DNA from: Heptranchias perlo
Taxonomy: Eukaryota
DNA: 64,000 nucleotides
Direction of reading: 5' to 3'
Assembly: GCF_035084215.1 (NCBI RefSeq)
Contig: NW_027139442.1
Span: 10,478,001-10,542,000 of the forward strand
The notes under the pieces are model-generated. The model worked only from the letters and a program-made list of their open reading frames with translations. It was not told the origin of the DNA and searched no databases. The position numbers and the translations under genes were made by a program. Of this stretch, positions 14,255 to 29,716 are shown piece by piece (position 1 is the first letter of the stretch; every line of letters begins with the position of its first letter).

Positions 14255-17200
14255 ACAAATACAGAATGAATCTCACACTCAGATACAGTACCAGAGACTG
14301 ACAGATGCAGAAGGTATCCCAAACTCACATATGGTACCAGAGATGACAGATACAGAATGAATCCCACACTGGCATACAGTACCAAGGACTGATAGATATC
14401 TGGTTAATTACTCACTCTCATAAAGTACTAGAGACTGACAGATAAATAATGACACCCACATTCACACAGTACCAGAGTCTGACAGATAGAGAATGAATCA
14501 CACACTCACACAAAGTACCAGAGACTGACAGATAGAGAATGCATCCCACACCAACATGCAGTCTGAGAGGCTGCATATATAGAATGAATTCAACACCCAC
14601 ATACAAGACTGGAGACTGAAATACATAGAATAAATCCCACACTCACAGTATCAGAGACTGCATATATGGAATAAATCACAAACTCACACACACTACTGAC
14701 AAGATACAGAATGAATCTCACACTCACACACTGTTCCAGAGACTGGGAGATACAAAATGAATCACATATTAGTGCAGGCTGAGTAACACATTACTTACCA
14801 GTCCAAGAAGTATCAGATTGAAAGATACGTTATCAATTCCATTAGTGCAGACTGATCTACACATTATAAACCACGACAAAAAACTGATGCAAATTCACTC
14901 TGAAATATACATTACTCCATTCATGCAGACTAAGCTACACGTCATATACAAGTTCAAAAATGTCACTTTATCAGTTTGGAAGATAAACTAATGCACAATT
15001 GTGTTCACATCGATACAGATTTAATAGTATTCTCAAAAGTGCACACATTCTCTGACTGTATTCTACAGAATTTCATTATCAGCCAATTAAACACTGGGAA
15101 AAATATGCATACATTGAGGTATTAAAGATACAGATTTGAACATCATACTGTAAATGGAGATACAAATTACATAGAGATAAAGAATGAATCTCACACTCAG
15201 ATAGAGGGCCAGAGACTGACAAACTGAAGGAAAGCAGCGCTCACACAATGTAACAGTGACTGACAGATACAGAATGAATCTCACAGTCACACACATTAAT
15301 GCAGTCTGAGTTACACAATACTTATCAGTCCAAAAATCTCATAGTGTCAGATTGAAAGATACATTATCAATTGATCTACACATTATAAACCACTACAAAA
15401 AACTGATACGGATTCAGACTGAAATACACTGTGTTCCATTCATGCAGACTGAGCTGCACATGATATAAAAGTTCAAAAATGTCACCATATCATTTTGGAA
15501 GATAAACTAATTCACAATTGTTTTCCCATCGATACAGATTTAATTGAAGTCCAAAAAGTGCCCACATTCTCTGATTATAACCTACAACATTACATTTAAA
15601 ATGTATCATTATCTACCAATTAAACACTGGGAAAAAATATTGATACATTGAGGTATTAAAGATAGTTTTGACCACCATAGTGTAAACGGAGATGCAAATT
15701 ACATACAGATAAAGAATGAATCTCACACTCAGTTAGAGGGCCAGATACTGAGATGCAGATTGAAACCAGCACTCAAACAATGTAACATTGACTGACAGAT
15801 ACCGAATGAATCCGACACTCACACACAGCACAAGGGACTGACAGACATGGAATGAATCACACACTCCCGCAGTACCAGAGGCTGACAAATAGAATGAAAC
15901 TCACACTCGCACAATATACCAGTGATTGACAGATACCGAATGAATCCTACACTCACACACAGTACAAGGGACTGACAGACATAGAATGAATCACATACTT
16001 CCACAGTACCAGAGACTGAAAAACAGAATGAAACCCACACTCGCACACTGTAGCATGGACTGACGGAGACAACATTCATATCACTCACAAACAGTACTAG
16101 AAATTGATAGATGCAGAATGAATGACTCCCTCACATATATCGCCTGACACTGAGGGGAACAGAATAAAACCCTCATTCACACACAGTACCAGGGACTGAC
16201 AGATATTGAATGATTCCCACACTCACATTCAGTACCAGGGACTGACAGATACAGAATGAATCCCACACTCACATTCAGTACCAGGGACTGACATACAGAA
16301 TGAATCTCACACTCACATGCAATACCAGAGACTGATCGATACAGAATGAAACCCACACTCACACACAGTACCAGAGACTGACAGATACAGAATGAATCCC
16401 ACATTCACACACAGTACCAGAGACTGACAGATACAGAATGAATCCCACACTCACATACAGATCGAGAGACTGACAGATACAGAATGAATCCCACACCCAC
16501 ATACAGCACCAGAGACTGACAGATAAAAAATTAAGCTCACTCACACACAGTACCAGAAACTGACAGGAACACAATGAATCCCACACTCACAGACAGTACT
16601 CACAGACATTATTGCAGATCTGAGCTACACATTACATACCAGTCCAATAATTTCACCATGAACAGATTGAAAGGTACATTATCATTCACATATGAGTTTA
16701 GAAATTAAGATGTAATACTACTCCAAAACCCACACACTTTGTTTGATTAAAGAAAATCGAAAAATATATCCATATTTACAAATTAAATACTTGACGAAAA
16801 ACTGCATATACTTTAAAGTATTAAAGATACAGTTTCAAGTAAAATACTGGGAACTGAAATAAGAATACAGAGTGAATCCAGATTTGCACTTTGTCTCAGG
16901 GACTGAATTACAGAATGAATGCCACACTGAGATAAAGTAGCTGAGAATGGCAGATGCAGAATGAATCCCACACTCACAGATAGCACCAGAGACTGACAGT
17001 AACAGAGTTAATTCCACACTTATGCACAGTACCTGAGACTGGCAGATACAGAATTAATCCCTCTCTCATATACAGTGAAAGAGACTGGCAGATGTAGAAC
17101 GATCCTAAACTCATATGTAGTGCCAGAGACTGAGAGATACAGAATAAATACCATGCTCATACTCAGTACCAGAGAATGACAGATGCAGAATGAATCCCAC

Positions 17201-17270
17201 ACACACAGTATCAGAGATTGACAGATACAGATGAAATCCCGCTCTCATGCAAAGTACAAGAGACTGACCT
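14255..17270 (+). repeat. Composite satellite block (46-bp monomers interleaved with the related 82-bp unit)
   Basis: Monomer AGAGACTGACAGATACAGAATGAATCCCACACTCACACACAGTACC. Confidence 0.9.
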
Positions 17271-17979
17271 CTACTGGACGTAGGCGAGAACTGTGAAAGA
17301 GCGGAAAACAAATTCACATGATCTGTCGTGGTTGCAGAAACAGGACAATGTGCAATGTGAAGAAAGTTTCTGTCTGTCACTTCTACTCTCGTAATTTTGC
17401 ACGTTTTGTGATTGCAAAATGAAGACAATTGATTCAAAATAAAGTTTTTGTTTCACTCATTCGATAGTTGTGAATTTACCCCGTTATTTTTCACTTACAT
17501 TGCGCAGTATTTCTCTCTGATTTCTCAGGACACGATTTACATTGCTCCTCTACCCCATTTAAAATCATATTTTCCAAGCAGTATGTGGCCTCCTTTATTC
17601 CCCCTAACAAAATGCACCAGCTCACAACTTTCTATATTGAAATTCAATACACATTTACACGGCCGTTCTGCAAGTATATTTTGTCGAAGTATTGGCTATA
17701 ATCCCAAAATCAATTACAAGAATTTAACACAGCATTAAAACCAATGCTTGGTCTAACAAAATGTATTTGCATCTCGTCTCCATTCCCAGTTTTTCTAAAT
17801 CCCACCCGTGCAATATAATGTGAAGAATGAGTTTATCTTCTGTCCCTCTCTCATCGGCAAACTTCATTGACCCGGGGTTTGGGGACATCTACTGGCCGGA
17901 AGCAGAACTGCAACAGTTCGGAACAAATTGCTGAAACCGAACAATGTGCAGTGTGAGCGTGTTTGTGATTGGTGGCAGG

Positions 17980-18125
17980 TTCTAAATCTGATTGGTTTCT
18001 TCAGGTATCCAATCAGAGAGTTACAGTGAATAATTATTGCGACATCACTCTCAGTGACCCAATCACAATCATTGCCTTCCCCCATCCCTCATTACCATAG
18101 GGTTGTGGGGCTGCCTATTTAATCC
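17980..18125 (+). promoter_or_regulatory. H2B promoter (CCAAT boxes, variant octamer, TATA)
   Basis: attgg/ccaat at about 17991, 18009 and 18059. ATTACCAT at 18091. tatttaa at 18116. Confidence 0.7.
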
Positions 18126-18295
18126 GAGCTCGGAGCGGATTTGGGTCATTTCTGGGTCTGAAATTGAGTTTGAAAATGCCTGAGGACAAGAAAGCAGTTC
18201 CCAAGAAGGGCGCCAAGAAAACCTTGAGTAAAGCACCAGCCAAGGGCGGCAAGAAGCGGAGAAAGTCGAGGAAGGAGAGTTACACCATCTATATC

Positions 18296-18683
<388 letters not shown>

Positions 18684-18718
18684 TAAAACTCCACAATGTA
18701 CTGAAAAAAAATCACAAC

Positions 18719-18734
18719 GGCTCTTTTAAGAGCC
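18719..18734 (+). terminator. Histone 3' stem-loop (H2B pseudogene) with downstream HDE
   Basis: ggctcttttaagagcc-accca, then gaaagagctg at 18750. Confidence 0.95.
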
Positions 18735-19539
18735 ACCCACAACCTCTCTGAAAGAGCTGCATTTCCTATATAATTGCTTAGTATCTTTTAATACCGCGAT
18801 ATTATTACAATCCAAAACTGATACTGTAACTGCACCGTTGAAATTTCTGACCCATAAACTGAACGCGAGTTTCTGATCCGCTACTTCCCATTCGTTTTGT
18901 TCTTGAAGCGTTACTATTCCAGCCACGAACACACCCTGAATGACCCCGGGAGCAATTCCATTATCTCTATGAATTCAATCTCAGAAATGTTTAATGTCTG
19001 AGGTGAAAATCCCCATATTAAAAGCAAACGCACCCCTTGCAGAAACACAGCGGAATAGGGGCAGAATGAGAATTCCGTCCGGGTCCCTCGTTTCATAGAA
19101 GCACTCCCTGCTCTGTGAGAAGGGAACAAACTATAACGTGTCACTTTCAGAAAGACTGAATTGAAACGTGTCACTTCACGGAATGCTGTGAATGGGGCTT
19201 TAGTCCCGTCCGGTACAGTTTGTAAGCGATAATAGAATGAGCCATAAATTAAAGCAGATTTTAAAACAGCGCCAGCGATTGGTGACGGGTAGCGCTGAAT
19301 AAGACAAGATAAATTGAACGGGTTTAAAATATTGTGCTCAGGGCGACATTGATCTAAATCCGGTCCTTTACGACACTGGCGGGTTTTTTGAAATTCATAA
19401 AATTCCTGATCTGTCCGTTGAGGCCGTTAAATCCCGCCCTCATCTAATTTCCAGCTATCTGATTGGTTATTGAAATAGGCAAATGAGGTGTAATAATGCC
19501 CAACCAATCAGATGATCTTTCAGTCAATAAAAAGGGTGA

Positions 19540-19980
<441 letters not shown>

Positions 19981-20010
19981 ACCGGTCAAGATTTAATCTG
20001 GTAACCCAAA

Positions 20011-20026
20011 GGCTCTTTTCAGAGCC
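20011..20026 (+). terminator. Histone 3' stem-loop (H2A)
   Basis: ggctcttttcagagcc-accca, then gaaagggctg. Confidence 0.95.
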
Positions 20027-21819
20027 ACCCACTGTATCTATGAAAGGGCTGAAGCGAGTCAGAGCTTAATTTAATAATAAATCGCTTAGTTAGAAACTAA
20101 CGATATGTTGTTGAATACAAATGATCTGTTCAATACTCGCTTCTGGACAGTAGATGTCGCCAACCTCCAATAGGTTGAAATTTACAGATTGTATAGGAAA
20201 TGAGGCACAAAATAATCAGTTCATTAAACTGGGAGGGTGGAATACAGAAATTACAGGTGAGTTTGATCATCGGCAACAAGAGGCACTCTATTGTGTTGCG
20301 GCCATTATAGTAAGTGTTATTTACAGTCTCATCCTCCCAGAACACTTACTCGGTCTGACTTCCAATACCCAGATTTGTCCTCCAGAAGGTGACGGATGTG
20401 TTGATTATTGTGTCAGCGATTGCTGAATCAATGAATGAAATTTGTCTATTATTGGCTGAGTGAGGGATTTATTCTGTCCCTGTCAGTCTGTTCCTGTGTC
20501 AGTGACGAGTACCGCAGTGAATGTGACACTAAGTTTTACACTGCTTCTGATTCTAGCGCTGAGCGAAAACACTTAAGTTCTATTCGTGCGAGTTACAGTG
20601 AAACAGCCTCTGTCACAATAACTGGAGAGGAAAAATAGACAAACTTTATTTGATCCAAGTCTGGTTCATTAGAGATGAAAATATTTCCAACAGTGCCAAG
20701 CTGATACTATATCGGAAATGAAAACTTGCATCTCTTGTACTTTGCACGCGTGCCCGAGCCTCTCCCTGTATCGATGTCCGAGTTAGATTGACACTGGGGG
20801 TGTAGATGCCTCACGTGAAAGTGTAGGACCGGAATCAGACCATTCTGTACCTGTTTGCCAGTAGTTTCCCTGTCCAAATGTGCCACTGGATGTGTTGATG
20901 GGTTAACAGTTATTAAACTGATCACTTACGTATTTTCTACCTCACCTGTTCTTGAGTTACATGCGATACGTTTCTTTCTACAGGCAAACCCTTGAACGAG
21001 CCAGAGTGAATGTGACGCTTCCTCCATCCGAGGCAAAGGAACAGTGCAGCCAGCGCCTTCTCACACACAGTATGTCCATTATCACTCTCAGAGCACAGAG
21101 ACACAGACAGCTCATCAGTTCCACAGTCTCAGACAGCAGAAGTAGTCAGTCCCACACTGATCTCAAGTTCCAGAGACACATTTTCAATCCAACAGCCAAA
21201 CAGAGGAGGTGAGGCAGACTCTGTTCCATTTCTCCCGAACTCAGTCCCGCTGACAGGTAGATACAAAAATTCCAGTCCAAAGTCTCGTTTTCAGATTGTC
21301 AATTTCACAAAATGGCAATATTAGCCGTGAATTAAATACCAGATACCCCGAGATTCAAATTGAATACGAGCCCAGAACTCTCACACACACGTGAGTTCAA
21401 TACATGCCTTATTCATTCGAATAGTGCATCATTCGGATACAAATTGCAAGTCCAAAACTCATGTACAATATCAGATTGAGAAATGCTGTGACAGTATAAC
21501 CTGAGAAACACATTAGATACCAGTTTATAATATACTCGTATTAAGAGATTTAAAGACGCAGTATCACAGACTGAGATACACATTCCACACAAGTCCAAAA
21601 ATCTTACAAAATTAAAATTAAAGATGCAGTATCAATTCACAATATTACTCAGAGATACAGATTTAATAGTTGTCCAAAAAGCACACAAATTATCTGATTA
21701 AAACCTCCAGCATCAAATCCTAAAGTGTATCCATATTGATAAAAACTATTTAAACATTGAGATATTAAAGCTACAATATTGAACACCATAATGTAATCTG
21801 AGAGAATAAATATAGACAC

Positions 21820-22922
21820 AGAATGAATCTCACACTCAGATACAGTACAGAGACTGACATGCAGAAGGAATCCGAAACTCACATACAGTACTGGAGACTG
21901 ACAGATACAGAGTGAATCCCACACTCACACACAGTACCAGAGACTGACAGATACAGAATAAATCCCTCACTCACACACAGTACCAGAGACTGACAGATAC
22001 AGAATGTGTCCCACATTCACACACAGTACCAGAGACGAACAAATACAGAATGCACCCCACACTCACACACAGGACAAGAGACTGACAGATTTAGATTGAA
22101 TCCTACATTCAAATACAGTACCAGAGACGGACAGATACAGAATGAATCCCACACTCACACACAGTACGGGAGAGGGACAGATCCAGAATGAATCCCACAC
22201 TCACACACAGGCCAAGAGACTGACAGATACAGAATGAATCCCACACTCACACACAGTACCAGAAACTGACAGATACAGAATGAATCCCACACTCACACAC
22301 AGTACCAGAGACGGACAGATCCAGAATGAATCCAACATTCACACACAGGCCAAGAGACTGACAGATACAGAATAAATCCCTCTCTCACACACAGTACCAG
22401 AAACTGACGAATACAGAATGTACCCCACACTCACACACAGGACAAGAGACAGAGAGATTTAGAATTAATTCCACATTCAAATACAGTACCAGAGACTGAC
22501 AGATACAGAATGAAACCCACACTCACACATAGTACCAGAGACTGACAGATACAGGATGATTCCCACACTCACACACAGTACCAGAGAATGACAGATACAG
22601 AATGAATCCCACACTCGCACACAGTACCAGAGACTGACAGATCTCGAATGAATCCCACACTCACACACAGTACCCGAGACTGACAGATACAGAATGAATC
22701 CCACACTCACACACAGTACCAGAGACTGATCGATACAGAATGAATCCCACACTCACACACAGTACTAGAGTCTGATCGATACAGAATGAATCCCACACTC
22801 ACACACAGTACCATAGACTGACAGATACAGAATGAATCCGATACTCACACACAGTACCAGAGACTGACAGATTCAGAATGAATCCGACTCACATACGGGA
22901 ACAGAGACTGACAGATACAGAA
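21820..22922 (+). repeat. 46-bp satellite array, about 24 copies
   Basis: Homogeneous tandem AGAGACTGACAGATACAGAATGAATCCCACACTCACACACAGTACC. Confidence 0.95.
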
Positions 22923-23509
22923 TTGCTGCTTTACTCGGTCATCATCCTTTGAATCTGGTAGATAAATTGAAAGAAAGTCAGTGAAACTACTCCATTTTAA
23001 TGTTTGTCTCTGTAGAATTTACTGCCCAATAAAGTGAACACGGGTCCGGGGTCCGTTCAATTCCCTTTTGCTTTGCTCTCGCTCTCATTCAGATTTACAC
23101 CGCCCCCGGTTTTCCCGTTAACCACCACTTTCAGGGCTATGAATCAGAATTTAGTTCCTTCCTCTTTCTCACTGTGGAGCCAATCTCTGAAATAATTAAT
23201 TACTGATCTTAATATCCCGCATATTAGCAGCACGTTCCCCGCAGTGTAACAATCCAGAATGAACGATTGGAGAAAAGAATTGGCTCATTTTCAGGCTTCG
23301 TCCATGATTCCGTTTTCAGGACACAGGGTTCCTGTTCAGTCCCTGCAACGGAATCAATTGATAACCTGGAGTTTGTTATTTTTACAGGTAGAAGTGAAAT
23401 TTGTCCATATCAGCAATCTATGATTGGGGTTATATTCCGCAAGTTATAGACAATGTGTTTTTGAAACAGCGCTCGGAATTTGGGACGTGTAATACGGAAT
23501 AACATTATT

Positions 23510-23720
23510 ACAAAGAGATTTTAAGTCTTTGTGTAAAAACGACATGGCCGAGTAATTCACTTATTTCATACACTGAAATTGGCGGCCTTTTTCAAATTTA
23601 AAAAAATCGGTCAATTGTGGCCAACAATTTGCTCCGTTTTCTTATTGTCGTCTCTCCGATTGGTTAAGGAAATTAGTTTTCAAGCAAAGCAACCAATGAG
23701 AAGTAGCCTCTATTTACAGC
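23510..23720 (+). promoter_or_regulatory. Orphan H2A-type promoter relic with no downstream CDS
   Basis: Colinear with the reverse complement of 26800-27000: ttggcgg..ttttcaaatt.aaaaaa.cggt, ctctc.gattgg and aaccaatgaga. Confidence 0.6.
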
Positions 23721-24210
23721 GGGGTTTGCCAGTTGGGCCTGTGGTAATTCCAGGTCCCCAATGACTGAGCTCAAACGGTTCAATTTCACAAACCCTCTCA
23801 GTATCAGTGTCAGAAACAACCGTCAGAGAGAAAATCCATATCACAAGCTGGGCCCTTATCACAGCGGCTCAGCTCAACCTGTTCTCCCATGGAAACCCCC
23901 GGTCCCACATCACAACATCTGACTGATAAATAGAACCAAAACAGAGCGAATGGAGTGAAGGAACATTTCAGCGAGGTGGGGGGCGGGGGGGGGAATTCAG
24001 CTCCGGGTAAACTCACTTGTAACGTTTCCTGGACAATTCAGTGCACTCAATGAGGGAAAGTTCCCTCTCAGTAACCGGTGCAGCTCGCCGCCGATCCCAC
24101 CTCACCGTACTGTGTGTCACAGAAAACTCTTCAATTGTAAAACTATTCCCGAGCCCCATATAACCCCGCACCAGTTCCCAGGTCAGTGCTCTCTCTGTGA
24201 GGCGGTGGGT

Positions 24211-24226
24211 GGCTCTTAGAAGAGCC
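24211..24226 (-). terminator. Histone 3' stem-loop (H4 nonsense copy)
   Basis: Reverse complement is ggctcttctaagagcc. Confidence 0.95.
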
Positions 24227-24261
24227 TTTGTTTTGTGTCCGGTTAGAAAGGGTCGAGTCGT

Positions 24262-24582
<321 letters not shown>

Positions 24583-25099
24583 TCACTCAGATCGCTGCTG
24601 AATGAAAGACTCTCGCCTTTCTTCTGCATTTATAAAGCCCGCCCCGACCTGGTTGAGAAATGCACATTATCGGAGAGTCCGGGGAAGAGTGTTTGAATGA
24701 CAGACAGAGCATGAAGTGCGGGAGAGGAGGAGACTGGCTCAGAATGACGGACAAGCGGACGTGCAACTTCAAGCTCCGCCTCCAGGAATTAGTTACCGTC
24801 CTTTATAAAATTTTCACCAGCATCAAATAGGAAATACAAATTCAGAGACAATCCTTACAGACTCCGGCTTGATATTCAAGGGTTTCCAGAAAAAAAGGCG
24901 GAATATATAATTTAAATTCAATAAATGAGGCACACTACAGTTCCAACACAATCACTTTCATAATAAAATCAATCAATGCCGCTACGGAACCGTTGGAAGA
25001 GGGATAGTTTTAGTTTCAGATTTGTAGCTGACAGGAGGCGCCCAATAGTTTAATAAACATCAATCGGTGTGGAAGGCAATCTGTACCTTTCCGTGCTTG

Positions 25100-25800
25100 G
25101 GTCAGTATGGGACTGGATAGAATCAGGCACTGGGATGAATGGAGAATGATCCTGTGTGGGGACTGGGTAGATTCAGGTCCTGGGATGGACAGAGACAGTT
25201 ACTGTGTGGGTACAATGCGTTTATTGGAGCTGAAGTCATTGGGAACTGGACAGAATCAGGGAACGGAATGGACAGACCCAGGTCCTGTATGGGGACTGCA
25301 TGGATTCAGGGACCAGGATGGACAGACCCAGGTCTTGTGTGGGGACTGGATAGATTCAGATATTGGATGGACAGACACAGGTCCTGTGTGTGGACTGGAT
25401 AGATTCAGGTATTGGATGGACAGACCCAGGTCCTGTGTGTGGACTGGATAGATTCAGGTATTGGATGGACAGACCCAGTTCCTGTGTGTGGACTGCATAT
25501 ATTCAGGGACCGGGATGGACAGAGACAGTTCCTGTGTGGGTAAAATGAGTTTAATTAGAGCTGAGGTCATTGGGGACTGGATAGATTCAGGGACCGGAAT
25601 GGATGGAGATTGGTCATGTGTGGCTATTATGAATTGAATTAGAGCTGGAGTCAGTGTGAAATTGGATAGATTCAGGGACCGGGATGGACATACCCAGGTC
25701 CTGTGTGGGGACTGGATAGATTCAGTGGTCGGGATGGACAGACCCAGGTCCTGTTTGGGGACTGGATCGATTCAGGGACCGGGATGGACAGAGACTTGAC
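25100..25800. repeat. 49-50-bp G-rich minisatellite
   Basis: Unit gggatggacagacccaggtcctgtgtggggactggatagattcagggacc (25681 to 25731). Confidence 0.9.
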
Positions 25801-25809
25801 CCTGGCCAC

Positions 25810-26150
25810 TGTGTGAGCCGGAATATGACCGTTCGCAACCTTTGTGTCCTATCTGACCCTGAGATGAGCATCCGACCACATATCCGCTCCATCACCAAGA
25901 CCTAATTCCACCTTTGAAACATCGCGCGTCTCCGCCCCTGCCTCAGCTGATCTGGTGCTGAAACACTCATCCATTCCCTTGTTCCCTCCAGACTTTGCTA
26001 TTCCAATGCTCTCCTGGTCAGCCTCCGATCTTCCACGCTCTGTAAACATGAACTCCTACAAATCTCCGTTGCCCTATTCTAACTCCCTCCAACTCCCGTT
26101 CACCTGTCACCCTTGTGTTCGGTGACTTACATTGGCTCCCATTCCTTCAA
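25810..26150 (+). mobile_element. Decayed L2-clade LINE fragment (post-RT region)
   Basis: Translates roughly to RNLxVL.DPEMS.RPHIRSITKT..FHL.NIA.LRPCLS...ETLIH, typical of L2. Confidence 0.7.
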
Positions 26151-26251
26151 CCGCTATAGTGATGTAATATATCAACGTAGACCGGGGTCAACTGTGATCA
26201 ATAGGTCAGTCTCTTCAGACAGTAACCAGCCCTTTCACAGATACAGTGGGT

Positions 26252-26267
26252 GGCTCTGAAAAGAGCC
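26252..26267 (-). terminator. Histone 3' stem-loop (H2A)
   Basis: Reverse complement is ggctcttttcagagcc. Confidence 0.95.
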
Positions 26268-26298
26268 TTTGGGTTGATCAGATTAAATCTTGGCCGAT

Positions 26299-26814
<516 letters not shown>

Positions 26815-27607
26815 TTAGCGAACAGCCCAATCAGAGAGCTGTTTTATTCGCCAATCAATAGCCGGCAATGAGAAAAGGGCGGAAAATACCGAACTGAACC
26901 GTTTTTTTGAAATTTGAAAAGCCCGCCAAAATATTTGTAACACAAGAAGCGGATTTAGTAAATAATGTCGCCTTAAGACAAAGTTTAAAAAATCTCTCTC
27001 CTTTTACTCTGTTATTGCACATTTCCCGTCACAACTTCCAGAATCTTTTACAATCCGTTTAAAATCCGGCTCCCTTCACCGTTCGCTTTCAATCTGGCGG
27101 GAGTAAAGTAACATTTTGTAACGGGACAGATTCCAGCTCAATCTTTGTAAAAGTAACAAACACAGACTCCTGGTGTAAGAAGTCGAACAGTGACAGAGCC
27201 TTTCGACTTTTCTGTACTCGGTGTGACGTCCCTTTCAGGGTTGCTGCATTTCAAAGGATTGCGGTTCTCAAAGTGATATTCCCGAATAACGAACAAACAA
27301 ACGTGAAAAGGAGAAAGAAATGAAGTCTAATCCATCGCCTTAAGACGGCTATGAAGGGGCAGACGCGGGGGAAGGGGCGGAATATGAACGGGAATGAGAG
27401 GATCAGGGACACGTTTTTGGTTATTGGAACTAAACAGAAAGCGACACATAGATTATTATACCTGGCAGTGATTATGAGAATCTTCCAGATTTCAAGAGAA
27501 ATTAGAAAAGCACAAGAGTTATAGAGAGACAGTTACTATCAAACTATCTACAGTAAAATGATTCCATACAGAGGGGTCGGCACAGCGTCTTCAGAGAGAC
27601 TGTGGGT

Positions 27608-27623
27608 GGCTCTTAAAAGAGCC
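27608..27623 (-). terminator. Histone 3' stem-loop (H2B)
   Basis: Reverse complement is ggctcttttaagagcc. Confidence 0.95.
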
Positions 27624-27658
27624 TTTGTGTTTATTTTTTTTCAGTTGATTGTGGAGTT

Positions 27659-28033
27659 TTACTTGGAGCTGGTGTACTTGGTCACCGCCTTTGTCCCTTC
27701 CGACACGGCGTGTTTGGCCAGTTCTCCGGGCAGCAACAGGCGCACAGCGGTCTGGATCTCCCGGGAGCTGATGGTGTGGCGTTTATTATAATGGGCCAGG
27801 CGGGAAGCCTCACCCGCGATGCGCTCGAAAATATCGTTCACAAAGGAGTTCATGATGCTCATGGCCTTTGAGGAGATGCCGGTGTCGGGGTGAACCTGCT
27901 TCATCACTTTGTAGACGTAGATGGAGTAACTCTCCTTCCTCGACTTTCTCCGCTTCTTGCCGCCCTTGGCTGGTGCTTTACTCAAGGTTTTCTTGGCGCC
28001 CTTCTTGGGAGCTGCTTTCTTGTCCTCAGGCAT
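27659..28033 (-). CDS. H2B: Replication-dependent histone H2B (124 aa)
   Basis: Intact [15 protein letters not shown]...[13 protein letters not shown] at about 28087-28093, ATGCTAAT at 28111, CCAAT boxes. Confidence 0.97.
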   Translation of the reverse strand: MPEDKKAAPKKGAKKTLSKAPAKGGKKRRKSRKESYSIYVYKVMKQVHPDTGISSKAMSIMNSFVNDIFERIAGEASRLAHYNKRHTISSREIQTAVRLLLPGELAKHAVSEGTKAVTKYTSSK

Positions 28034-28479
28034 CTCAAAACTCAATTTCAGACCCAGAAATGACACAAATCCACTCCGAGCTCGGATTAAATAGGCAGCC
28101 CCACAACCCTATGCTAATAAGGGATGGTGGAAGGCAATGATTGTGATTGGGACATTGGGAGTGATAAACGTCACCTTTTCCTTTCACTCTCTGATAGGTT
28201 TCTTCAGATATCCAATCAGATTCAGTATCTGCCACCAATCACAAACACGCTCACACTGCACATTGTCCGGTTTCAGCAATTTGTTCCGAACTGTTGCAGT
28301 TCTGCTTCCGGCCAGTAGATGTCCCCAAACCCCGGGACATTGAAGTTTGCAGATGAGAGAGGGACAGAAGATAAACTCATTCTTCACATTATATTGCACG
28401 AGTGGGATTCAGAGAAACTGGGAATGGAGAACATTTTGTTGGAGCAAACATTTGTTGTAATGTCGTGTGAAATGCTTGT

Positions 28480-29460
28480 AATTATTTAGTGGGTATAGCC
28501 TATTCTGAGGAAGAATGTAACAAAATTCAAGAAGACTTTAATAAACTTGCTGAAAGGCGGTGTAAATGGCCATTGAATTTCCTTATAGAAAGTTGTGACG
28601 TGGTGCATTTTGCTCGGGGGAATAAGGAGGCCACACACTGTTTGGAAAATAAGAGTCTAAATGGGGTCGAAGAGCAAAGGGATTTAGGGGTACAGATTGA
28701 CAAATCATTAAAGTAGCAACTCAGGTTGATAATGTCATAGAAAACAAACACAGAGGTTTATTTCTAATGGAACAGAATTGAAAAGGAGATAAGTTCTGTT
28801 GAACTGTAAATTAAACTGTCAAACCTTCTGTCAAACTATTAAACCTTCCCTTTCTGAAATCCGTGCTGACTATTCTTTATTATATATTCGGTTTCTATAT
28901 GTTTATCTACTGCATCATTGAGTAAAGGATTCCATGATCATCCCCACCACAGACCTTTCGTTAACTGGTCTATAGTTCCCTGCACTTGTTCTATCTCCTG
29001 TTTTAAAATATAACAATCCCATTAGCTGTCATCCAGTCCTTTGGCACTATTCCACTTTGTGATGATTTTGTCTATATATGTAACAGTGCCTCTGCTATCT
29101 CTTCCCTTGCTTCATTTAATATGCACGGATACAATCCATCAGGACCAGTTTAACCACCCTTTCTAACTTAAATGTCTTGATATCTTTATTGACCTCTTCC
29201 TTTAATATCATGTTCACCCTGTTAATCTCCCGGGTAAATACTGAGCAAAGTAATAATTCAATATTTCTGCCATTTCGCTGACGTTACCTGTGAGTTTATC
29301 TTGTGCATCCCTCAGTGGCACTCAAACTATTCTGATTTTCATTTTGTTATTTTTGTGTCTGTCGAATAATTTATTATTTCTTTTCATATTCCTTGATAAT
29401 TTGATTTCGTGGTTCCTGTTTTCTTCCGTAATTGTTTTTGTGACTTCTTCCTAACCTCTT
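28480..29460. mobile_element. Old CR1 fragments (plus strand about 28480-28800, minus strand about 28900-29460)
   Basis: EEQRDLGVQI motif in ORF 28489..28716. Duplicated at about 51200-52200. Confidence 0.65.
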
Positions 29461-29649
29461 CCTATTTGCTTTTGTCATCCTTTTAGTTAATATCTATGAA
29501 TGAGAAATTCCACCAGCTTGTTGTGTCTGTTCAGGGGCTGATGTTTGGGAACGATTTATTGTCTGTGATTAAAGTACCAAAAACCCAAAGGGCGCAATTC
29601 AGTGTGAAACTCCACAGAAACACTCGACTTCTCTCTCCTCGTGAAATAA

Positions 29650-29716
29650 GGCGCTTTCGTGGTGAGTATAGCTGCCTTCCAAACAGTTAATTCCAACAGG
29701 TTTGAATCCCAGCACG
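29650..29716 (+). pseudogene. Degenerate tRNA-Gly(TCC) relic
   Basis: gtggtgagtatagctgccttccaaacagtt...ggtttgaatcccagc. The 3' flank resembles that of the tRNA at 8157-8228. Confidence 0.7.

Noticed and set aside
14418-17202. Cys/Val/Ser-rich ORFs here and in the other satellite blocks
   Set aside because: They are translations of the 46-bp satellite. The period is not a multiple of 3 and stops are frequent.
21820-22922. Regular repeat array resembling CRISPR
   Set aside because: Contiguous 46-bp monomers with no unique spacers, no cas genes and a vertebrate context.
23761-23800. atgactgag as a possible histone H1 start after the orphan promoter
   Set aside because: No Lys/Ala/Pro-rich or globular-domain sequence follows, and there is no stem-loop.
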